The position numbers and the translations under genes are program-made. Under the pieces are notes generated by a model that ran no database searches, was not told the origin of the DNA, and saw only the letters and a program-made list of their open reading frames with translations. A stretch of 64,000 nucleotides of DNA from Verrucomicrobiota bacterium (GTDB lineage: Bacteria; Verrucomicrobiota; Verrucomicrobiia; Limisphaerales; J093), in contig JAAYVR010000194.1 of NCBI GenBank assembly GCA_012517065.1, forward strand, positions 1,438 through 65,437. Direction: 5' to 3'. Of the stretch, positions 37,170-46,927 are shown piece after piece (the stretch's first letter is position 1; every line of letters begins with the position of its first letter).

Positions 37170-38702
37170 ATGAAAGTCGCAAGGACACTTCTCGCTCTTG
37201 GGCTTCTCCACGCCGTCTGCTACGTCAATGCCTACGTTGCTCAGCCGCGGCCAAACATTGTTGTTTTCCTTGTGGACGACATGGGCGTCATGGACACGTC
37301 AGTGCCGTTTCTCACCGATGATTCCGGGCGGCCCAAGCGTTATCCGCTCAACAATTTCTACCGCACGCCAAACATGGAACGGTTGGCAGGCCGGGGCATA
37401 CGATTCAACAGTTTCTGCGCCATGAGCGTTTGCTCTCCAACCCGCATCTCGATCATGACCGGCCAGAATGCCGCACGCCATCGCACAACCAACTGGATCA
37501 ACCCCGACCAAAACAACGCCGGTCCTCACGGTCCGCCCCACTGGAACTGGCATGGATTGAAACCGGGAGATGTGACGCTGCCCGGCTTGCTGCGCGCTGC
37601 AGGCTATCGCACGATTCACATCGGCAAAGGCCATTTCGCCCCGCGAAACAGCCCCGGAGCCAACCCCGCCAACCTCGGCTTCGATGTGAACATTGCCGGG
37701 GCATCCATCGGCCACCCGGGTAGCTACTACGGCACCAAGAACTACGGCGGCGGAACCACAAGCGGCGGCAACGCAGTGCCTCACCTCGAGAAATACCACG
37801 GCACAGATACTTTTCTCACAGAAGCACTGACTCTCGAGGCTATGACGCAGGTCGCCGAGGCCGTCAACAAGGGCCAGCCGTTCTTCCTCTATCTTGCACA
37901 TTACGCGGTGCATGCGCCGTTCGAATCAGACCCACGATTCGCCAAGCATTACGCGGACTCTGACAAGCCGCCCCAGGCCAGGGCATTCGCCACTTTGATC
38001 GAGGGCATGGACAAATCGCTTGGCGACATGCTCGATTATCTCGATCGACTCGGAGTCTCTGAAAACACCCTGTTGTTTTTTCTCGGCGACAACGGTACCG
38101 ACGCGCCTCTCGGCCACCAACACACCGTCGCTTGCGCCGCTCCTTTGCGCGGTAAAAAGGGCGCTCATTATGAAGGTGGAATGCGTGTGCCGTTCATCGC
38201 CGCATGGGCAAAACCCAACCCCTCAAATCCGAACCAAAAACGCCTTCCCATCCCCGCCGGCGCCGTCCAAAGCCAACTGGCCGCTGTGCAAGATTTGTTC
38301 CCGACCATTGTCGATATCGCCGGCGCACAAATACCCCGGGGCCACATAGTGGACGGCCGCAAACTCGATACATTGCTCTCAGGCCGACGTGACCCCACCC
38401 GGCGCGAGGAGTTCCTCATGCATTACCCGCATTCCCCACACCGAAGCGATTATTGGACAAGTTACCGCGACGGTGAGTGGAAGGTGATTTACCATTACAT
38501 CCCGTCAGAATCGACCCGGGGCGCACATTATCAGCTATTCAATCTAAAAACCGATCCGTTTGAACAGCAAGACCTGGCTGACGCGCGCCCGACTGAACTG
38601 CGGCGGATGATGCGCCGACTTATCACGGCACTGGAAGAATGTCACGCGCTGTATCCTGTGGACAACGACGGCACCACACCTCTGAAACCCAGACTGCCGT
38701 GA
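37170..38702 (+). CDS. Formylglycine-dependent sulfatase (S1)
   Basis: RPNIVVFLVDDMG, CSPTRISIMTG (CxPxR), GKGH, VHAP, GDNG, YEGGMRVP. Confidence 0.93.
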   Translation: MKVARTLLALGLLHAVCYVNAYVAQPRPNIVVFLVDDMGVMDTSVPFLTDDSGRPKRYPLNNFYRTPNMERLAGRGIRFNSFCAMSVCSPTRISIMTGQNAARHRTTNWINPDQNNAGPHGPPHWNWHGLKPGDVTLPGLLRAAGYRTIHIGKGHFAPRNSPGANPANLGFDVNIAGASIGHPGSYYGTKNYGGGTTSGGNAVPHLEKYHGTDTFLTEALTLEAMTQVAEAVNKGQPFFLYLAHYAVHAPFESDPRFAKHYADSDKPPQARAFATLIEGMDKSLGDMLDYLDRLGVSENTLLFFLGDNGTDAPLGHQHTVACAAPLRGKKGAHYEGGMRVPFIAAWAKPNPSNPNQKRLPIPAGAVQSQLAAVQDLFPTIVDIAGAQIPRGHIVDGRKLDTLLSGRRDPTRREEFLMHYPHSPHRSDYWTSYRDGEWKVIYHYIPSESTRGAHYQLFNLKTDPFEQQDLADARPTELRRMMRRLITALEECHALYPVDNDGTTPLKPRLP

Positions 38703-38852
38703 AACCCGTCGGTTTCGTCCAACCCGGCCAACTTGATTGCAAAGACGCTCAGGCCGAGAACCTCGCCAGTTGACCGTGATGGTACGCTGATACCGTTGTT
38801 CCGGTGACGTTTCCAGGTTGCCTGCCAGCCGGGTGGGGCCTGTGCCGCGTCG

Positions 38853-39734
38853 TTACTGCGGTTTTGCCAGTTTCACCCATGCAATGACAGGGAAATGATC
38901 GCTGGGGAACTGGCCATCTTGTGAGAATGTTACTGTTTCGGCAGCGACCACCTCGGCAATGCCTCTCCCGAGAATCCAGTCGATTCTGACCCCGCCTTGT
39001 TTGGGGCCGTTGAAACCGTGGAACGTGTTAATGGCCTCATTACGCCGTTCGCGTGCAGCCAGCCACAGGTCTTGAAACAGTCCCGACCCAACCAGAATAT
39101 CGTAGGCCTTGTTTGCTCCGGCAGTTGCGTTGAAATCGCCCACGAGAATAACAGGCAAAAACGTGCGAAGGGATTCGACGCGTTCGCGTATCAGGTCTGC
39201 GCCTTTTTCCCGAGCCAACTGCACTTCATGATCCAAGTGCGTGTCCCAAAAGTAGAACTCGGTGTTGGTGCGCTTGTCGCGAAACCGTATCCACGTCACC
39301 ATGCGGCGGCACGTGTTGCCCCATGTGCTGGAGGCGATGACGTTGGGCGTATCCGACAGCCAAAAATGATCGTACTCGAGCGGCTCGAAACGGTCCGGTT
39401 TATAGAAAATCGCCATGAACTCACCCCGGCTTCCGCCGTCGCGGCCGGTGCCCAACCACGTGTACTGGGGCAAATCATGGGCGATGTCCTTGAGCTGCTG
39501 GTAAAGCCCCTCCTGCGTTCCGATCAGGTCAGGCAGATACTTTTCGATGCACGCTTTCATTACGGGCCTGCGTTCAGGCCATGAATTTGGCCGCGACTGG
39601 CTCGCATAGCGCAGGTTAAAAGTCATAACGCACAGCGTCTCCGGACCGGCCACGCTCTCGCCGGACCTGGCCTGAATAGCAATCAACAAGCATAAACACA
39701 GTCCGAGTACCAATTGATTAGTCCTGAACTTCAT
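38853..39734 (-). CDS. Endonuclease/exonuclease/phosphatase family secreted protein
   Basis: MTFNLR, GTQE, FWLSDTP, THLDH, GDFN, IDWI, SDHFPV. Confidence 0.92.
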   Translation of the reverse strand: MKFRTNQLVLGLCLCLLIAIQARSGESVAGPETLCVMTFNLRYASQSRPNSWPERRPVMKACIEKYLPDLIGTQEGLYQQLKDIAHDLPQYTWLGTGRDGGSRGEFMAIFYKPDRFEPLEYDHFWLSDTPNVIASSTWGNTCRRMVTWIRFRDKRTNTEFYFWDTHLDHEVQLAREKGADLIRERVESLRTFLPVILVGDFNATAGANKAYDILVGSGLFQDLWLAARERRNEAINTFHGFNGPKQGGVRIDWILGRGIAEVVAAETVTFSQDGQFPSDHFPVIAWVKLAKPQ

Positions 39735-39972
39735 AGGTGCTCCACATGATTAGTGCGTGTTACGGGCAGCCGCTGGCAAGCCCTGTGCTTGAAGAGCTCC
39801 ATTTGTTGGCCGACCCATATCCAAGCATGCGCCATTAGAATGCACCTTCGGCGTCCCCCCGGCAAGCTTGGAGAACGCCAACCCGTGTTTTACAGCATGT
39901 GTGGACGGTGTTTAGCAAGCTTCTAACTCGGACCAGCCAAGCATGCGGTGTGAAGCTCAACTTCGAGCCAAG

Positions 39973-40037
39973 CCCTGAAATCTCCCCGGAATGAAACTTT
40001 GGGTGTCTTGGTTCGGTCAGGCGGTGAGATTTCCGGG
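39973..40037. mobile_element. MITE-like element family A, copy 4 (65 bp)
   Basis: CCCTGAAATCTCCCCG-GAATGAAACTTTGGGTGTCTTGG...CGGTGAGATTTCCGGG; flanked by CAAG / CTAG. Confidence 0.75.
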
Positions 40038-40088
40038 CTAGTGGGGGCTTGATCAGAGCACTCTTGTTGCCGAAGGAGCCGCAGCAGA

Positions 40089-40196
40089 CATTGCGCAGCC
40101 CGGCGTTGGCCGACAGCCAACATCAGGGGGCGGAGGAGCTGGGGCACTGCACGTCAGGCAACTTTGGTTCCAGCTACGCCGGGCTGCGCAATATGC
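40089..40196. mobile_element. MITE-like element family B
   Basis: Inverted ends ATTGCGCAGCCCGGCG / CGCCGGGCTGCGCAAT(ATGC); internal GTCAGGCAACTTTGGTTCC shared with 32870-32889. Confidence 0.7.
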
Positions 40197-40356
40197 TGGA
40201 TACTGAGTATGAGGTCCGGTTCTCGATCGCTTCGCTGGGAACAGAATGTTCGAGAACTAGAATGCTATAAATCTTGACAATTCCGGCTTTCAATAGAGTT
40301 GACAAAATGAACATGCCATAGCAAAAGAGAGGCAATTCCGTTGTTTGTTTGGACGA

Positions 40357-41727
40357 ATGTTTGATGATTCTCAGAGATCGGAGCGCTGGCGTCTTTTGAT
40401 AGTGGACGACGAACCGGGGGTAAGGCGGCTGCTCGAGGATATCTTCAAGAGCCGTGGCCATGAAGTCGTTCTTCTTGGCGACGCAGCTTCACTGAAACAG
40501 TCCTTTGCCGGGCCTCCGCCGGACGTGGTGCTTTTGGACCTTCGTTTGCCGGATGCTGACGGTTTGGATTTGCTGCCCCAACTCATAGAGACCTGGCCAG
40601 ACGCCAGAATCGTAATGCTGACAGGTTACGGCACCATTGACACTGCAGTCGAAGCGGTCAAGAAAGGCGCTTTTTATTTCGTGCAAAAACCTTTTGAACC
40701 TGAAGCGCTTTTGCTGCTCGTCCAGCGCGCCTGCGAAGAGAAGCACCTCCAGGAACAAAACGCCGCTTTGCGGCGTGTGATGTCCGCGTTGACCAGCGGC
40801 GCGGCCCCTGTCTTCCACAGCCAGGCAATGCAGGCCATTCTGCGCACAGTCGAGCGCATCGCTCCGAGCGATGTCTCGGTCCTCATTACTGGCGAGAGCG
40901 GCACCGGAAAAGAAGTGGTGGCGGATTTGATTCACGCCCTCAGCAACCGCTCGAAGGGGCCGATGGTCAAGGTCAATTGCGCTGCCCTTCCCCGAGAACT
41001 CATTGAAAGCGAATTGTTTGGCGCTGTCCGTGGCGCTTACACGGGGGCGCATTCTGACCGCGAAGGGCTGTTTCGCCAAGCGGAAGGCGGCAGTCTGCTG
41101 TTGGACGAGATTTCGGAGATGCCCATCGACACGCAAACAAAACTCCTCCGGGTGCTGCAGGAAAAAGAGGTCAGGCCGGTCGGCGGCCGGACCGTTTACA
41201 AGGTCAACTGCCGGATTATCGCTGCCACGAATCGGCGTATTGAAGATGCTTTTCGCGAACACAAACTCAGGGAGGACTTGTACTATCGGATTGGGGCGGT
41301 TCGGATTGATCTACCGCCCCTGCGCGATAGGAAGGACGACATCGTACCCCTTGCCAAGGCGTTCTTGAAACGATTCGCCAGCCAGGCGGGCTGCAACGTT
41401 GCGGAGTTCACACCGGCAGCCGTTGATCGGTTGCTGGGTTACGATTGGCCCGGAAACGTCCGGCAATTGGAAAACGAAATACAACGTGCGGTTCTCGTCT
41501 GCGAAGGGACCAAAGTGGACGTCAATGACCTGTCAATAAACAACAATAACGACGGTGATTTTTCCGAACCGCGGCCGAAGTTGACACCGTTGGAGGACGT
41601 GGAACGCAACGCAATCATACAAATGCTCCGTGAGACCGGTGGCAACAAAGTGGCAGCCGCCCGCCGCCTTGGAATCGGCCGCCAAACCCTCTACAACAAG
41701 ATCAAGCAATACCAAATCCCGGCTTGA
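40357..41727 (+). CDS. Sigma54-dependent response regulator (NtrC/AtoC family)
   Basis: Receiver LIVDD...LLDLRLPD; GESGTGKE; ESELFG..RGAYTGA; LLDEI; YDWPGNVRQLEN; Fis-type HTH. Confidence 0.93.
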   Translation: MFDDSQRSERWRLLIVDDEPGVRRLLEDIFKSRGHEVVLLGDAASLKQSFAGPPPDVVLLDLRLPDADGLDLLPQLIETWPDARIVMLTGYGTIDTAVEAVKKGAFYFVQKPFEPEALLLLVQRACEEKHLQEQNAALRRVMSALTSGAAPVFHSQAMQAILRTVERIAPSDVSVLITGESGTGKEVVADLIHALSNRSKGPMVKVNCAALPRELIESELFGAVRGAYTGAHSDREGLFRQAEGGSLLLDEISEMPIDTQTKLLRVLQEKEVRPVGGRTVYKVNCRIIAATNRRIEDAFREHKLREDLYYRIGAVRIDLPPLRDRKDDIVPLAKAFLKRFASQAGCNVAEFTPAAVDRLLGYDWPGNVRQLENEIQRAVLVCEGTKVDVNDLSINNNNDGDFSEPRPKLTPLEDVERNAIIQMLRETGGNKVAAARRLGIGRQTLYNKIKQYQIPA

Positions 41728-41762
41728 CACAGCGCGCAGCATTTGTGCCTATCAAGTGAAGC

Positions 41763-44700
41763 ATGAAACGGCTTGCTGGTCTTCTAATCGCGCTGGTTTG
41801 CCAAGCTGCGGTTTTCCCTGGCGAACGCAGCCTTGATCTCCTCGAACCGGAACCGCAGGTGATTTGCCCTCGCGATCCCTCTGTCCTTGAACTGTTTGGT
41901 GCCCACGAACTGCGGCGTTACGTTTACCTCCGCACTGGCCACTTGCTCCCCATAGTGCGTGCCGACAAGGCCGACCCACCGTCCAAAGGCGCTTTTGTGG
42001 TCGCACGCAGTGACCGTCCCTTGGCCCTCAACGCCGCCCCGGACGCCAGTTCACGGGGGATGATTGCCGAGCTCGAACAAGGGCAGTTCTGCTTGCGCAC
42101 CTTCGAGTTGGATGGGCGTCCGGTCCTGGTGCTGAGCGGCGGCGATGATGTCTCAACCCTTTACGCTGTCTATCGCCTTGCGGAAAAACTCGGTGTTCGA
42201 TTCTACCTTCATGGCGACACCCTGCCTGACGATCGGATTCCGCTCGATGTGCCCTTCTTGTACGAACGCAATTCGCCCATTTTCAACCTGCGGGGCATCC
42301 AGCCATTCCATGACTTTCCCGAAGGACCGGATTGGTGGAACGCCGATGACTATCATGCGGTCCTCGCCCAATTGCCGAAACTCCGGATGAACTTCATCGG
42401 CCTACATACTTACCCCGAAGGCGCCCCGAACGCCGAACCAACGGTTTGGATAGGACTGCCGTCCGATGTCGGCCCCGAAGGCAAAGTCAAATTCAGCTAC
42501 CCGGCTAGTTATCAAAACACACTCCGCGGCAATTGGGCGTACACCGCAATGAAAACATCTGAGTTTTTCGGCGGCGCTTCCGCCCTTTTTGAGCGCGATG
42601 ATTACGGAAACGACGTAATGACAGGGTTTTGCCCTCAACCCGAGCTACCCGAAGATTGCAATGTTGTCTTCGAACGGGCAGGTCAGACCCTCAACCGCGC
42701 ATTCAGATTCGCTCGCGCTCTCGGAATCAAAACCTGCGTCGGCACAGAAGTCCCCCTCACAATTCCCAAAAAAGTCAAGGAACGCATCCAGGCCCAAGGC
42801 AAAGACCCGAACGACCCAGAGGTAATCCGCGACGTGTACGAGGGCATTTTTCGGCGCATCATGACCACACACCCGCTGGACTATTACTGGTTTTGGACCC
42901 CGGAAGGCTGGACATGGGAGGGCACAACCAAACAACAGGTCAACCGAACCATGGACGATTTGATCCTCGCCGCCGGCGCGGCATGGAAACTCAAAGCTCC
43001 ATTCCAACTCGCAACTTGCGGGTGGGTCCTCGGCCCGCCAGAGGACCGCGCTCTCTTCGACAAGACCCTCCCCAAGGAATTCGCCCTGAGCTGCATCAAT
43101 CGCGAGGTAGGCAAATCACCCGTGGATCCCGCGTTTGCATCAGTCCGAAACCGCAGCAAATGGGCCATACCATGGCTCGAGGATGATCCGGCGTTGACCT
43201 CGCCGCAACTGTGGGTGGGCCGAATGCGCCGTGACGCCGCCGATGCCCGGCGGTATGGCTGCGACGGACTAATGGGCATCCACTGGCGCACGCGCGTTCT
43301 GGCGCCAAACGTCCTCGCTCTTGCTCAAGCTGCATGGGACCAGAGCACATGGAACCCAAAGCCATTTGAACCACCCAAACCGCCGCCTTTGGCCGAGGGT
43401 CCGCTGGGTGGCGCAACCGCCGATTACCCGAACAACCCGATCGCAGACACGGAAGACGACCGGCTTTATCAAACGGTTCGATACAATCTTTCTGCCTACC
43501 ACTTCAACCTGCCAGCGGACGAGTACACAGTGACATTGAAGTTCTGTGAACCCCATTACAGCGCAGCAGGCAAACGTGTGTTCAATGTCAGCCTCCAAGG
43601 CCAGAAGGTGATCGACAAGCTCGACATCTTCGCCCGCGCCGGCCAAAACCGGGCATTGGATTTTTGCTTCGATAACGTCAAAGTCACAAATGGTTGGCTC
43701 GAAATCGGGTTTGCGCCTGTCATCGAGTTCCCATGCATAGCCGCCATTTCAATCGAAAGCCAAAACCTCAAACGCCGTATCAATTGCGGCGGCCCGGCCT
43801 ACAAGGACTACTCCGCTGACCTACCCGCGAGACCCCTTCCCGGGCCAACATTCGCGCCCGCACTGGATTTTTACCTCGACTGGGCAACACAAGAGTTCGG
43901 CCCGAAAGTCGGCCCTTATGCGGCACAAATCCTCGCGCGCGCGGATTGCAAACTGCCGCGCCCGTCGGACTGGGTCAACGGCCCCGGTGGAATCCGTCCC
44001 GACCCGCGCCCGTGGGCTGAAGTCGCACCCGAGTACGCTTTTGTATCCGAACTTGAAGCCTTGGAACCCTTCGTCCAAGGCACCGGCAACCAAGAGCGGT
44101 TCCGATACTGGATCGAAACTTTCAGGTACCACCGTGCCATGGCGCAACTCAACTGCACATGGGGCGCATTGAACAAGGCGATGGACCGCGCCAAGATCAG
44201 TTCACGGGATGTGCTCAGAGTCGAGTCGGCCAAGATGTTTGCTTTACCCCTCTGGTATTCACTGGCCCGCCAGATTGACCAAATACACGCACATCTCCTG
44301 GCTACAGTTTCAACAACTGGCGAGCTCGGCACCATCGCGAATTGGGAGCAACACCTTCTGCCGTCCCTGCTCAAGACCGGCGCTGACTTGGCCGAACTGA
44401 TCGGCACCACGCTGCCTCCGGATTTCTTGCCCTCGAAATTCTACTATGGGCCAACGCGCGTCATCGTTCCCACAAGACGAAGCGCCCTCACAATCGGCGA
44501 AAACTTCCAACTCAAGATCATCGTGCTTAGCCAGGTCCGCCCCACCGAGGTTTGGGTAAAATGGCGACCTCTAGGACCGGGTCCATTTACCCCTGTTCCC
44601 GCAAGTCATGTCGCCCGTGGAGTTTACCAAGCCCGCCTGCCCGGAAAACTGATCGCAGGGTCCGACTTCGAGTATTTCGTCGAAGCTGTCTTGCCCGGAG

Positions 44701-44789
44701 GAAGCAAGGTGTTGTATCCGGCAACGGCTCCGAGCCTGAACGAAAGCGTGGTCTTGCTGGGAACAAGCTTCGGAACCCCTTCCCAGTGA
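41763..44789 (+). CDS. Secreted glycoside hydrolase-like protein with internal malectin domain
   Basis: Signal peptide; N-terminal GH20/67-like domain (LYAVYRLAEKLGVRF); RGIQPFHDFPEGPDWW core; malectin-like LYQTVRY...VTLKFCE...RVFNV...LDIF. Confidence 0.75.
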   Translation: MKRLAGLLIALVCQAAVFPGERSLDLLEPEPQVICPRDPSVLELFGAHELRRYVYLRTGHLLPIVRADKADPPSKGAFVVARSDRPLALNAAPDASSRGMIAELEQGQFCLRTFELDGRPVLVLSGGDDVSTLYAVYRLAEKLGVRFYLHGDTLPDDRIPLDVPFLYERNSPIFNLRGIQPFHDFPEGPDWWNADDYHAVLAQLPKLRMNFIGLHTYPEGAPNAEPTVWIGLPSDVGPEGKVKFSYPASYQNTLRGNWAYTAMKTSEFFGGASALFERDDYGNDVMTGFCPQPELPEDCNVVFERAGQTLNRAFRFARALGIKTCVGTEVPLTIPKKVKERIQAQGKDPNDPEVIRDVYEGIFRRIMTTHPLDYYWFWTPEGWTWEGTTKQQVNRTMDDLILAAGAAWKLKAPFQLATCGWVLGPPEDRALFDKTLPKEFALSCINREVGKSPVDPAFASVRNRSKWAIPWLEDDPALTSPQLWVGRMRRDAADARRYGCDGLMGIHWRTRVLAPNVLALAQAAWDQSTWNPKPFEPPKPPPLAEGPLGGATADYPNNPIADTEDDRLYQTVRYNLSAYHFNLPADEYTVTLKFCEPHYSAAGKRVFNVSLQGQKVIDKLDIFARAGQNRALDFCFDNVKVTNGWLEIGFAPVIEFPCIAAISIESQNLKRRINCGGPAYKDYSADLPARPLPGPTFAPALDFYLDWATQEFGPKVGPYAAQILARADCKLPRPSDWVNGPGGIRPDPRPWAEVAPEYAFVSELEALEPFVQGTGNQERFRYWIETFRYHRAMAQLNCTWGALNKAMDRAKISSRDVLRVESAKMFALPLWYSLARQIDQIHAHLLATVSTTGELGTIANWEQHLLPSLLKTGADLAELIGTTLPPDFLPSKFYYGPTRVIVPTRRSALTIGENFQLKIIVLSQVRPTEVWVKWRPLGPGPFTPVPASHVARGVYQARLPGKLIAGSDFEYFVEAVLPGGSKVLYPATAPSLNESVVLLGTSFGTPSQ

Positions 44790-44804
44790 ATTGTTGGGCT
44801 TCTG

Positions 44805-44833
44805 TTGCGTCAAATATTGCATCCTGCTAAAAT
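44805..44833 (+). promoter_or_regulatory. Putative sigma70 promoter of the exporter operon
   Basis: TTGCGT-17 bp-TAAAAT with extended -10 TG; supports ATG 44848 rather than the track start 44791. Confidence 0.55.
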
Positions 44834-44847
44834 GTAGCGTTTCTCGG

Positions 44848-46155
44848 ATGAAGAACTGGATTCTTAAACTGCTGGTTTTGATTGTCGTCGGCGGGCTCGG
44901 ATATGCCGGGTACACGCAATATCGCGCGTGGCAACTGCGCGCCAAAGACCCCAATAACGACCGCCCAACAACCGCCCTCGTGATTCAGACGAACATCAGT
45001 TTCTCCGTAAACGCTGCAGGCGAAATAAGCCCCGCAGAACAGGTCTCAGTTCGACCGGAAATCAACGGCCGCATCGAGGAACTGCCGGTCGATATCGGCG
45101 ACCGCGTTAAGAAAGGCGATCTGTTGTTCAAGCTGGATGACAAAGAGTTGCAACAGCAAAAGGCCTCAAGCCTCACCGCCATCGAACGCGCAAAGCTCGA
45201 ACTGGAAAAAGCTGAACGCGATTACCTCCGCGCGAAAGAACTGCTGACTGGCAACCTGATCTCACAGGAATTGTTCGACAACACCAAGACCACTTACGAG
45301 CTCGCCAAAAACTCGCTCGAACGAGCCCAACGAGACCTCGCTATAATCGAAGAGCGTCTTACCAAGACCAAGGTCGTCGCGCCATTCGACTGCACTGTGT
45401 TGACCCGGCCTGTATCCGTCGGCCAGGCCGTGTCCGGCTCTGGCGGATTCAACAGCGGCACCGAAGTCCTCACAATAGCTGACCTGAACTACATGATCAT
45501 CAATGCGCACGTCAACCAGGCCGACGTGCCTCGGCTTTCGCTCAACCAGCAGGTAAAGGTCACCATCGAAGCCGTCCCGGGATTGGAAGTCACCGGTATC
45601 GTCGAGCGCATTGCGCCCCAGGCCACAATCAAGAATAATATCAAAGGATTCGCCGCCCGCGTCAGAATCGAGAACCCAGACCAACGAATACGACCGGGCA
45701 TGACCGCCAACGTCAAGATTCCGGTTGCCTCCGCCGAAAATGTGCTTGCTGTGCCGCTGGCTGCGGTTTTCACAGAACGCAACCCCGAAACCGGCGCCCA
45801 AGAACGCTACGTCTATGTCCAGTCGGGTGCCGGCTTCGAAAAGCGCCCGGTCCAGGTCGGCGTGTCGGATTTCTTCTACGCAGAAATCCAAGACGGTTTG
45901 CGCCCCGGCGAAGTTGTCGCCCTCGAATTGCCCAAAGAGGAACGCGAGAAACAAATGAAAGCACTCGCCGGCATGCGGCCGGGCGAATCGGCCGCCCCAC
46001 AACCACGCGCTGGCCTCGCCTCGGGCGCCCAAACACGCCCGGCACCGGGAAGCCCAAGCGGCGCCCAACCACGCCCGGCGGCCGGTACTCCGAGTGGCGC
46101 TCAAGCCAGCCCGGTCCGCCCTGCCGGAACCGCAACAAGCTCCGCCGGGCGATAG
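44848..46155 (+). CDS. Efflux periplasmic adaptor (MacA-like membrane fusion protein)
   Basis: N-terminal TM; VDIGDRVKKGDLL lipoyl half-motif; coiled coil; VAPFD; RPGMTANV; Pro/Ala tail. Confidence 0.9.
   Translation: MKNWILKLLVLIVVGGLGYAGYTQYRAWQLRAKDPNNDRPTTALVIQTNISFSVNAAGEISPAEQVSVRPEINGRIEELPVDIGDRVKKGDLLFKLDDKELQQQKASSLTAIERAKLELEKAERDYLRAKELLTGNLISQELFDNTKTTYELAKNSLERAQRDLAIIEERLTKTKVVAPFDCTVLTRPVSVGQAVSGSGGFNSGTEVLTIADLNYMIINAHVNQADVPRLSLNQQVKVTIEAVPGLEVTGIVERIAPQATIKNNIKGFAARVRIENPDQRIRPGMTANVKIPVASAENVLAVPLAAVFTERNPETGAQERYVYVQSGAGFEKRPVQVGVSDFFYAEIQDGLRPGEVVALELPKEEREKQMKALAGMRPGESAAPQPRAGLASGAQTRPAPGSPSGAQPRPAAGTPSGAQASPVRPAGTATSSAGR
46021..46110 (+). repeat. Imperfect 36-bp (12-aa) tandem repeat in the adaptor tail
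   Basis: SGAQTRPAPGSP / SGAQPRPAAGTP / SGAQASP. Confidence 0.6.
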
Positions 46156-46189
46156 CCGCATTGACCCAGCAACCGCATCTTGAATTCCC

Positions 46190-46927
46190 ATGGCGCTCGT
46201 AGAACTCCGCAATGTCAGCAAAATATACCGCCTTGGCGGCGAGGAAATCCGCGCACTCGACAACGTCTCGCTGGACATCGAGGAAGGTGAATTCATCTCG
46301 ATCATCGGCCCGTCAGGCAGCGGAAAATCCACCCTGATGCATATTCTGGGCTGTCTGGACACCCCAACCTCCGGCACCGTGTGCCTCGACGGCATAATGA
46401 TTCAAGACGCGTCCCAGCGAGAACTGGCAGCTATTCGAAACCGCAAGATCGGTTTCGTTTTTCAGTTCTTCAATCTGCTTCCAAAGCTCAACGTGCTCCA
46501 GAATGTGGAACTGCCGATGATCTACAGCGGCGTCTCAGGCGGCGAACGCCGCAAACGCGCTCTGGCTGCCCTTGAAGCAGTTGACATGGTCAACCGCGCT
46601 CGTCATCGCCCAAGTCAGCTCTCCGGCGGCCAGCAACAACGCGTTGCCATAGCCCGCGCGCTCGTCAACAACCCAAGAATACTTTTCGCCGATGAACCTA
46701 CCGGCAACCTTGATTCACACACAGGCGAGGCCATCCTAAGCCTTTTCCGCAAACTCAACGAAGAGGGACGAACAATCGTCCTTGTCACGCACGATCCCGA
46801 AATCGCCGCCGTCACCCCGCGTCGAATCGAAATCCGCGACGGCCGAATCGCGTCGAAAATCGATCTGACACTTGCCGGTCTCGCCCGTGGTTCAGTGCCC
46901 GCAAGTCCAGCTTCGCCAGTGTCATGA
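46190..46927 (+). CDS. ABC transporter ATP-binding protein (MacB/LolD type)
   Basis: [38 protein letters not shown]. Confidence 0.95.
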   Translation: MALVELRNVSKIYRLGGEEIRALDNVSLDIEEGEFISIIGPSGSGKSTLMHILGCLDTPTSGTVCLDGIMIQDASQRELAAIRNRKIGFVFQFFNLLPKLNVLQNVELPMIYSGVSGGERRKRALAALEAVDMVNRARHRPSQLSGGQQQRVAIARALVNNPRILFADEPTGNLDSHTGEAILSLFRKLNEEGRTIVLVTHDPEIAAVTPRRIEIRDGRIASKIDLTLAGLARGSVPASPASPVS

